Of a stretch of DNA of 26,851 nucleotides, positions 15,601-22,226 are shown one piece after another. The translations under genes were made by a program, and so were the position numbers. Location: the IMG/VR virus record IMGVR_UViG_3300016476_000070, positions 1 through 26,851 of that record. The stretch is one strand, 5' to 3'. The notes beneath the pieces are model-generated. The model searched no databases. It saw nothing but the letters and a program-made list of their open reading frames with translations, and was not told where the DNA came from. The stretch is from a virus. Taxonomy: Duplodnaviria; Caudoviricetes. Within the stretch, counting starts at the first letter, position 1. Each line of letters begins with the position of its first letter.

Positions 15601-17916
15601 TTATGCAGCGATCTTCTCGATGAACTTACCGAGAACCGCTCGTGACGCGCCACGCTTGTTTTGAGCGGTAATGAATGCACGAGCCAACTGACCCTTCTTC
15701 ATACCTTCATGCTCGTCAAGTTTGGCTTGCTGGGCTTGCAGATTCTTACCGCCTTGGATGATATAGAACTCATCGAAGTTCAGCATATTCGGAGTCGCAG
15801 CACCCTTGGTCTTTCTCCACTGATCTTGGAACTTGATGCTTTCAGCAGGCGACAAGTAACGATATGAAACGTGACGCACGTCATACGAACCGCTCGCGAT
15901 ATAGAAGCCAACGAACGTAGCATTCTGTGAAGCGCGAACAGTACGAGCGAACATACCAGTGATCTTGTGTGCGCCATCGAAGTGAATCATAGTCTGTACA
16001 CGAGACTCCTCATCGACAAAGATGTTTGTCGAACGAAGAGTAGTTGACGAAGGCAAGTTGGTGTTATCGTGGCGATGACCATACCAATGCTGATAGCCAG
16101 AGTGGTTGCTCTCACCGTCAGTAATGCACACAAAGTTCATGATCTGAATGTTCTTCTGCTTGCGGAACTTAGCCATCAGATCGCGAGACACAAGGATCGC
16201 GTCGTTGAGTGGAGTACCACTCAGCCCAAGGAACATCAGACAGTTACCATAGCGATCACCAGCACACTCGTCGATGAATACGCCAGGACGATAGGGAGCT
16301 GATTTTTCGTCTGCTTCGTTCTCGTAACGCTGTGCTGACAGAAGCAGCGAAGCAGTCATCGTGTTGAAATCCTTGATCGACATATCTTCGTGGAAGAACT
16401 CCAAAAGATCGAAGCCTGTGTCAGGAAACACGAAGTGCTTGCCAGTCAAACGAGTTTTGATATTCGCAAGAAGATTCTTCTTCGCTTCACGACGCGAAGG
16501 ATCACGAAGCTCAAACTGAGCAGCAGCTTGCGTGAAACCATAGAGACGATGAGGAATACCAACTCGACGACAGAACATAGCCAAACAGATCAGCTGATCC
16601 ATCGCACCACGATAGTTGCTTGACATAGAACCAGACATATCGAGAATAGCAACGATACCATGATTCTTGCCAGTTGGTTCAATCGTCAGGCGCTTGAAGA
16701 TATCGTCGTTGAACTTGTAGCTGTGCAGCTTGTTCACGTCGATGACACCAGTCTTTGCTTGCTTGCTGCGGCTATAAGCAACAGCAGCTTTCTTCATCTC
16801 GAACTCTTTCACCATATAATTGATGGCAGAGTTGTTCTGAGAACGGAAACGATTGAGCAACCAGTTACGATAGTCGATGAGCTTGTTGCGGCTCTTAGCC
16901 TTGGATAGGTCGTACTCAATCTCGTTGAGGACTGTACGATAACCAACCGTGAAGGGCTCGTGCGCGAGATCCTTCGGGAACAGAATGTAACGGAACTCAC
17001 GACCCGACACAGACTGGTCGAGCAGCTCTTCCATACGATTGTTCATCGCACGATCAGTCTTGGACTCATCGGGACCGCGACGAATCTGACGACCGCTCGT
17101 ACCTTCCTTGCTAGCCTCACCATCTTGGTCAGCAGCACTGTCTTCCTTAGACTCTTGACCCTCTGCGCTAGACTTGGCTTCGCCGTCGTTCTCTTCGTCA
17201 GACTCTTCGAAGTCATACTCGTCAGCTTCTTCACCATCTTCGCCAAACTCAGCGCGAACCGTGACGGTGATCTCTTCTTCATCATCAGATTCGTCTTCGC
17301 GCTTCTTCTTTGCGTAGGCGAACATGTCTTCGGCGAGCTTGACTGCATCGTCGAATGTAATGATCTGTTCAGCACGGCGCACGAACGCCTGCTCTTCGTC
17401 AGTGAACTTGAGACGAAGACGAGTGCCGAGTTTGAAGTAGAGATTGAAACGGTCAATCAGCGGGAGCGCGTCAACATCTTCACTCTTGATACCGAAGAAG
17501 TCTTGCTCGTGAAGCCAATTGTAGCCTTCGAGGAAGTCGCGACGCGAGCCAGGAAACTTAGTCTTGATCTTGCGTTCGATGCGAGCGTCTTCGACAACGT
17601 TCAGATAGCCCTGGAACGTATCAGCAGTGCGCTGAGACTTCTCTTCTTCCTTGACTTTATCAATCGCGCCCTTCCAGCCGTCAGCGGGAGTTTCCAGCGC
17701 ATGACCGACTTCATGGAGCACAAGCATATGATAGAGCGTCTGAGTCATCTCTTTCCACATAGGCAGAGCGAGGACGCGATTCTTCACATCGAAGTAAGCC
17801 GTCTTGATTGGCTTGTGTTCGACCATGATATTTTCAGCAGCCAGCAGCTTCGCGAGCTTGTCGAGCGAACCGCCAGGGCTTACAGTTTTAACGTCTGCCA
17901 TAGAAACCTCCTTCAT
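15601..17916 (-). CDS. CobT-like protein: zincin HExxH domain, acidic linker and VWA domain (partner of the AAA+)
   Basis: HEVGH, NVVEDARIE, E/D-rich linker, MIDAS DMSGSM, GTPL, ITDGES. SD-led alternative start at 17901. Confidence 0.88.
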   Translation of the reverse strand: MKEVSMADVKTVSPGGSLDKLAKLLAAENIMVEHKPIKTAYFDVKNRVLALPMWKEMTQTLYHMLVLHEVGHALETPADGWKGAIDKVKEEEKSQRTADTFQGYLNVVEDARIERKIKTKFPGSRRDFLEGYNWLHEQDFFGIKSEDVDALPLIDRFNLYFKLGTRLRLKFTDEEQAFVRRAEQIITFDDAVKLAEDMFAYAKKKREDESDDEEEITVTVRAEFGEDGEEADEYDFEESDEENDGEAKSSAEGQESKEDSAADQDGEASKEGTSGRQIRRGPDESKTDRAMNNRMEELLDQSVSGREFRYILFPKDLAHEPFTVGYRTVLNEIEYDLSKAKSRNKLIDYRNWLLNRFRSQNNSAINYMVKEFEMKKAAVAYSRSKQAKTGVIDVNKLHSYKFNDDIFKRLTIEPTGKNHGIVAILDMSGSMSSNYRGAMDQLICLAMFCRRVGIPHRLYGFTQAAAQFELRDPSRREAKKNLLANIKTRLTGKHFVFPDTGFDLLEFFHEDMSIKDFNTMTASLLLSAQRYENEADEKSAPYRPGVFIDECAGDRYGNCLMFLGLSGTPLNDAILVSRDLMAKFRKQKNIQIMNFVCITDGESNHSGYQHWYGHRHDNTNLPSSTTLRSTNIFVDEESRVQTMIHFDGAHKITGMFARTVRASQNATFVGFYIASGSYDVRHVSYRYLSPAESIKFQDQWRKTKGAATPNMLNFDEFYIIQGGKNLQAQQAKLDEHEGMKKGQLARAFITAQNKRGASRAVLGKFIEKIAA

Positions 17917-17924
17917 CTTGACTT

Positions 17925-17953
17925 ATCATAACACATCGGTCACGAGTTGTCAA
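17925..17953 (-). promoter_or_regulatory. Sigma70-type promoter TTGACA-N17-TATGAT
   Basis: -35 at 17953..17948, -10 at 17930..17925. Confidence 0.8.
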
Positions 17954-18155
17954 GGCCCCACTCCACTCTAACTTCCCAGAGAGTTGTGGCTTTATTATAT
18001 GTAGGATTTGTCAGGATCTTTTTGCCAAGAGACTTGTAGAATAAGCCAAGACGCTTCGCGCCACCTTCAGTAAAAGCGGAAAACGTCTTAACAGTCGGGA
18101 TCGTAGTCCCGCCATTCTTCCGCTTCCGTGGGCTGACCGTCGTCTTCGTACTCAT
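17940..18155 (-). CDS. Possible small hypothetical protein
   Basis: Fills the gap before the VWA promoter; ATG 18155/18161 after GGAG; 68-nt overlap with the upstream ORF lowers confidence. Confidence 0.45.
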   Translation of the reverse strand: MSTKTTVSPRKRKNGGTTIPTVKTFSAFTEGGAKRLGLFYKSLGKKILTNPTYNKATTLWEVRVEWGLDNS

Positions 18156-18306
18156 CTTCATCTTCTCCGCTGAGATATTGTTCAAAGAACTCTTTGACTT
18201 CTGATTCTGACAGCCAGTTCAGTAGATCGATGATCACTAAGCCTGGATCAAGAATACGATCGTCGAGCTTCTCGATGATGAGATTTGTATATTCACGAGC
18301 CATCAT
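18088..18306 (-). CDS. Small acidic hypothetical protein
   Basis: ATGA-coupled; C-terminal DGQPTEAEEWRDYDPDC motif typical of phage early proteins. Confidence 0.7.
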   Translation of the reverse strand: MMAREYTNLIIEKLDDRILDPGLVIIDLLNWLSESEVKEFFEQYLSGEDEDEYEDDGQPTEAEEWRDYDPDC

Positions 18307-18725
18307 TTCACCTCATAAATCTGCTTGAGATTTTCGACGATTTCGCGCCCACGATTCGTGAACAGAATACCACACTGCCAGACCCAGTGTTCGATGTCCT
18401 GAGAGTTGAGGTGTTCATTTTCATCGAACTCAAACGGAGTCATCCACGCAAGCGCAGTCTTCTCGTCGATGCGCTGCATCTCCATGATCTTCGCGAGATC
18501 GGCTTCGAAGTCAGCGAGAGCAGCTTTCTGCTCCTCTTCTTCACGAGCCATCGTGCGCTTCAGCGTCTCGCACAGATCGTCCCACTCAGCCTGACGCTCG
18601 TCGTCAGTGGCTTCGTTCCAGCACTGCCACCAGAACGCACTCGGACGACAACCATAGGCGTCCTTATGCAGGTCGGAAACGATTTGGGCATCGAACGTAT
18701 AAGCCATGAGATTTCCTTTCATCAT
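18303..18725 (-). CDS. Conserved phage early hypothetical protein
   Basis: SDLHKDAYGCRP motif; SD-led alternative start at 18707. Confidence 0.8.
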   Translation of the reverse strand: MMKGNLMAYTFDAQIVSDLHKDAYGCRPSAFWWQCWNEATDDERQAEWDDLCETLKRTMAREEEEQKAALADFEADLAKIMEMQRIDEKTALAWMTPFEFDENEHLNSQDIEHWVWQCGILFTNRGREIVENLKQIYEVK

Positions 18726-18731
18726 ATGTTC

Positions 18732-18760
18732 ATTGTAGCTCGTTGGCGCGCAATTGTCAA
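18732..18760 (-). promoter_or_regulatory. Sigma70-type promoter TTGACA-N17-TACAAT
   Basis: -35 at 18760..18755 contains the upstream TGA stop; -10 at 18737..18732. Confidence 0.8.
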
Positions 18761-19008
18761 GCCCCCTCCTGATTCATCTGTTCAGTCGCATACTTGATTA
18801 CTTTGATCGCAGCAAAAGCATCATCGTGATTGGCGTAGATTTCCTCGATGCAGAATCCTGTAACGATCAGGATCACCTGTTCCGTGATCAACACCTCACG
18901 ATCACGTTCCGTCTTGGCATCATTCCACTTACGATAGAGAACCATATCGTTCTGAATTCGTCGGAATGCCTTTTCGCGGATCACGTTCACGTTCAATTCA
19001 GCAGTCAT
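18757..19008 (-). CDS. Hypothetical protein (83 aa)
   Basis: Start revised to ATG 19008 (MTAELN) after AAGGGGA. Confidence 0.65.
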   Translation of the reverse strand: MTAELNVNVIREKAFRRIQNDMVLYRKWNDAKTERDREVLITEQVILIVTGFCIEEIYANHDDAFAAIKVIKYATEQMNQEGA

Positions 19009-19018
19009 CTCATTCCCC

Positions 19019-19252
19019 TTAGGCGTTGTTGAGGATCTCGGCAGCCAGATCTTGGTCGTCGAGCAGATCGGTGAGGTCATCGAGAAGACCGTCGAATGAG
19101 AAGTATCCATTGCCGCAGTGGCGCTCTTCAGCGATCTGCTTCAAACGAAACGAGAGTTTCGAAGTGAAGTCGCGATGGGCCAGTGTAGCATCCAGCAGGC
19201 GCTGATACATTTCGTAGGCATAGTCGATATTCATTTCGTTACCTCTCATCAT
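19019..19252 (-). CDS. Early hypothetical protein, paralog A
   Basis: HCGNGYFSFDGLLDDLTDL; SD-led alternative start at 19234. Confidence 0.8.
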   Translation of the reverse strand: MMRGNEMNIDYAYEMYQRLLDATLAHRDFTSKLSFRLKQIAEERHCGNGYFSFDGLLDDLTDLLDDQDLAAEILNNA

Positions 19253-19258
19253 ATTACC

Positions 19259-19287
19259 ATTCTAACTGGCAGATCGTTGATTGTCAA
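19259..19287 (-). promoter_or_regulatory. Sigma70-type promoter TTGACA-N17-TAGAAT
   Basis: -35 at 19287..19282, -10 at 19264..19259. Confidence 0.8.
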
Positions 19288-19292
19288 GCCCC

Positions 19293-19640
19293 TCAATGAG
19301 CGCCCGTCCATGAGACACGACGCTCAAACTTGCCGGTCAGCACATTGCCGCGAGCGAAGTTCTTCGCAGGCGCACGCCAGCTAGCCGCCTTGAGAATGTC
19401 GCCTCGCTTGAACTTGCCATCGTCTTTAAGCACGATGAACGAGTGAACGCTCGCGCCCGCGCCTGTGCGCCCAGTCATCACCTTGATAAACTTCTTATGA
19501 ATCTCGAACACAACGCCAGCATTGAATTCTTGAATCATCACTTCGCGGATAGCCGTGCGCTCACCCCAACCGGCATAATCCGCCTTGATGTGGGCGATGT
19601 ATTGCTGGAGCGCGGCTTCGAGGTCGGATGCAATTTTCAT
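19293..19640 (-). CDS. Conserved T4-like early hypothetical protein
   Basis: SVHSFI...GDILKAASWRAPAKNFARGNV motif; SD AAGGAG. Confidence 0.85.
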   Translation of the reverse strand: MKIASDLEAALQQYIAHIKADYAGWGERTAIREVMIQEFNAGVVFEIHKKFIKVMTGRTGAGASVHSFIVLKDDGKFKRGDILKAASWRAPAKNFARGNVLTGKFERRVSWTGAH

Positions 19641-19651
19641 ATCAGTTCTCC

Positions 19652-19888
19652 TTAGGCGGCTTCGTTAAGAATGGTAGAAGCGAGATCTTCGTCGCCAGTC
19701 AGTTCAGTCAAGTCGTCGAGAAGACCATCGAACGACCAGTAGCCATTGCCAACATGATTCTTGATCGACATTTGCTGAATGGCTTCGATAGCATCGCTAT
19801 TCAAGCCGTCGGCATGACGCTTCGCGGCGGCGACGAGGTTTACGAACATTTGGGCTACATAGATATTCATTTCATTTCCTTTCTTCAT
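19652..19888 (-). CDS. Early hypothetical protein, paralog B
   Basis: HVGNGYWSFDGLLDDLTEL; SD-led alternative start at 19870. Confidence 0.8.
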   Translation of the reverse strand: MKKGNEMNIYVAQMFVNLVAAAKRHADGLNSDAIEAIQQMSIKNHVGNGYWSFDGLLDDLTELTGDEDLASTILNEAA

Positions 19889-19894
19889 ATTACC

Positions 19895-19923
19895 ATTCTA
19901 CCGCGATTGCCCCTGATTGTCAA
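19895..19923 (-). promoter_or_regulatory. Sigma70-type promoter TTGACA-N17-TAGAAT
   Basis: -35 at 19923..19918, -10 at 19900..19895. Confidence 0.8.
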
Positions 19924-19933
19924 GGCCCGCCCC

Positions 19934-19964
19934 AATAAAAAAGCCGCTGGGAAATCAGCGGCTT
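19934..19964 (-). terminator. Rho-independent terminator insulating the early island
   Basis: AAGCCGCUG-AUUUCC-CAGCGGCUU followed by UUUUAUU. Confidence 0.8.
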
Positions 19965-20022
19965 AGGCAAAACGCCCGAAAAAAGTTGGGCGGGAGGGGC
20001 GGCTTTTTTGTAACTTTTTGTG

Positions 20023-21285
20023 TTACCTTCCTACCTCAGGGAGATACCTTCGTTTCGCGCCCTCCCAGCCCATTGTGCTCATATCGTCGTAAAACAGAAC
20101 GCCGTCGCTGACGCGACTATTCGCCGTCAGATTCTCGATTCGCTTGCGCGCATACTTTTCTTTCCATAGGTCGGTCAGCGACTGAACGGTGAAGTCGCCG
20201 ATGGGCTTTAGTTGCTCCTCTGGAATATCATCGCGCAAGAACTCGTATGCGTTTGAGTACAACGGCGCAAAGTATATACCACGATCATGATCACTCGTAA
20301 AGATATCGGCAGGAATACTCAGCGCACGATAGATCTTCTGATGAAAACGATTCAGCCTATCACGAACGACTGATTCACCGTCTGGTCCTTTATCAACCAT
20401 GTAGTGAAAGTAATCTTCTGGAATACTCGCGTGCGCCCACTCGTACGCGAGCGCGCGAGTAGGGATGGACATACGCAACGGAGCCTTACCTTGTGAGTAT
20501 CCCATCTTCTTCCAGAACTTCAGATTGTCATACTGCGACATCCCATGACCGCCTTTGTTCTTACCATACAAAGAAGTCGTGGTCAATGCAACCAGACGCG
20601 ATCCGTAGAGTTCTTTCCACTTATTCTGTACTACATCAGATAGACAAAGAAGCGCGAGCAACTTTCCGCCGAGATAGTTGTAACCGAATGGTTGTACTGG
20701 TACGATCGTCGAGCAGACTGCAGTGTACTTGATACGCTGTTCAATAGTGCGTTGCTCACGAGTCCAGCCAACTGCTGTATCTCTAGCTCCCAGATCAAGG
20801 AAGTCTGACGCGATGGCTACGACGCCTAGATACTTCTTCGTGACTTTATCTCGTACGAGGAAGTTCATACCGCGACCGATAGAACCTGAGTGTTGCTGCG
20901 TATGAATCATGATACGCAACACAGTCCAGTGATCTTTAATATCCTTGAACTGCGGATCACCAGTCCAGATCAGTTCTGGTTGTAAATCACGATAATCACC
21001 ATTCCACAGAAGGTTCTTGACCTCGTTGATGAGAATCGCATGCTTATCATTCATATATGCAGGTTCACCGAACAGAACGCTTTCCTGCATAGGATAGACG
21101 TTGTTGACTTCTTCCCATTTTTGCCATAGGATATACTCTTCTGTCGGCATATCCTTAAACGACTTCAGCTCGTTGTAGATTGTACTACGAACGAGCTCCT
21201 TATCATGATGCTTGAATGTCTGTGACTTTAGCCAGTCATCATACAAAGAAGAGGGTGTTGACTGGAGGTTTCCAGGAGTCTTCAT
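20023..21285 (-). CDS. DUF4338/DruA-like protein
   Basis: GRGMNFLVRD...YLGVV...L.ARD..VGW, PFGYNYLGGKLLA, TTTSLYG, SQYDNL, KMGYSQG. Start revised to ATG 21285 because the track's TTG 21399 lies in a promoter -35. Confidence 0.7.
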   Translation of the reverse strand: MKTPGNLQSTPSSLYDDWLKSQTFKHHDKELVRSTIYNELKSFKDMPTEEYILWQKWEEVNNVYPMQESVLFGEPAYMNDKHAILINEVKNLLWNGDYRDLQPELIWTGDPQFKDIKDHWTVLRIMIHTQQHSGSIGRGMNFLVRDKVTKKYLGVVAIASDFLDLGARDTAVGWTREQRTIEQRIKYTAVCSTIVPVQPFGYNYLGGKLLALLCLSDVVQNKWKELYGSRLVALTTTSLYGKNKGGHGMSQYDNLKFWKKMGYSQGKAPLRMSIPTRALAYEWAHASIPEDYFHYMVDKGPDGESVVRDRLNRFHQKIYRALSIPADIFTSDHDRGIYFAPLYSNAYEFLRDDIPEEQLKPIGDFTVQSLTDLWKEKYARKRIENLTANSRVSDGVLFYDDMSTMGWEGAKRRYLPEVGR

Positions 21286-21709
21286 CGTGTCCCATGAGTG
21301 TAGCCAAAACTCTTGCTCGTTTGCTAGGTCCGATACAGCCTGACTGGATGAACCCCGAACGTCTAGAATCATTATAGTTGATTTCGCTGTAGTTGTCAAA
21401 CTGATCTGCAGTCAAATCAATCACACGCCCATCTGTGCGGCGTAGAAACCAGTGCTTGATTCCTGGCGTGCTAGGAATGTCAGTCGTACGGATATCCCAT
21501 TCCGTCGTGGCTCCACAGATATACCAGTAGAGATACTCGCAAACTGTGTAGCAGTAGTTGATAGTAGGAAACTCAGGTTTCCACATATCTTTCATCTGCT
21601 GATTGAACAGATGCTCAGTTCCCATAGTTCGTAGGCATGAATGGAGTTTATCCTTATCCACGCCTACGACTAGGAACATACCATCAAGCTGTTCTTTTGA
21701 TATTCTCAA
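21239..21709 (-). CDS. Papain/transglutaminase-like (YunG-like) protein
   Basis: NYCY...KHWFL...VIDLTADQF gives a Cys-His-Asp triad pattern; start is TTG 21709 or ATG 21679. Confidence 0.6.
   Translation of the reverse strand: MRISKEQLDGMFLVVGVDKDKLHSCLRTMGTEHLFNQQMKDMWKPEFPTINYCYTVCEYLYWYICGATTEWDIRTTDIPSTPGIKHWFLRRTDGRVIDLTADQFDNYSEINYNDSRRSGFIQSGCIGPSKRARVLATLMGHDEDSWKPPVNTLFFV
21371..21399 (-). promoter_or_regulatory. Intragenic sigma70-type promoter TTGACA-N17-TATAAT driving the DUF4338 gene
   Basis: Perfect consensus: -35 at 21399..21394, -10 at 21376..21371. Confidence 0.75.
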
Positions 21710-22226
21710 GACGACGATCCGCTTTTGCTTTGAAGTTACGAGCTTGATCTAAGTGGTAACGATTAGCACGGGTCTGATAAGTAATTCCGTTGAGGTGATC
21801 GTATTCGTGCTGGAAGATTCGTGCTGTGTAGCCTTCGTAACGAGTTGTATCGGCTTCACCATTCCATCCACGATATCGCACACGAATACCTCTTGGACGT
21901 TTGATTTTGATAAACAACCCTGGATAGCTAACGCATCCTTCTTCATAGACAACAGTCTCCTCATCATAGTCAAGAATCAATGGATTGAATACGCCAATGA
22001 TGCTCTCTGGATCAGTTGGATTACCAATCACAAACACGCGAGTCATGATACCTAGTTGACAAGCTGAAAGCCCAACGCCTGTTTGCTCCATCATCTTGTC
22101 GCGAAGCAACTCGTACAGTTCTTTAGCTTGTAGAACTGTACCGTCCTCCATGACGTATCCAGTTTCGAAGTTGAACTCTGGGCACGTTTCTTTTAGTCTT
22201 GGATCATTACCCTTAATCAATTCCAT
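21684..22226 (-). CDS. def: Peptide deformylase
   Basis: GVGLSACQLG, EGCVS, QHEYDHLNG. Confidence 0.95.
   Translation of the reverse strand: MELIKGNDPRLKETCPEFNFETGYVMEDGTVLQAKELYELLRDKMMEQTGVGLSACQLGIMTRVFVIGNPTDPESIIGVFNPLILDYDEETVVYEEGCVSYPGLFIKIKRPRGIRVRYRGWNGEADTTRYEGYTARIFQHEYDHLNGITYQTRANRYHLDQARNFKAKADRRLENIKRTA

Noticed and set aside
16960-17931. 323-aa plus-strand ORF
   Set aside because: Antisense shadow of the VWA gene; no motifs, promoter or SD; explained by codon bias.
15343-19923. Recurring TTGTCAAG(G/C)CCC motif as a CRISPR or guide-array repeat
   Set aside because: Irregular spacing with whole genes between copies; it is the reverse complement of promoter -35 boxes.
21286-21399. 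N-terminal extension of the DUF4338 ORF
   Set aside because: The TTG is the promoter -35, and the Met10 ATG overlaps the -10, upstream of the predicted +1.
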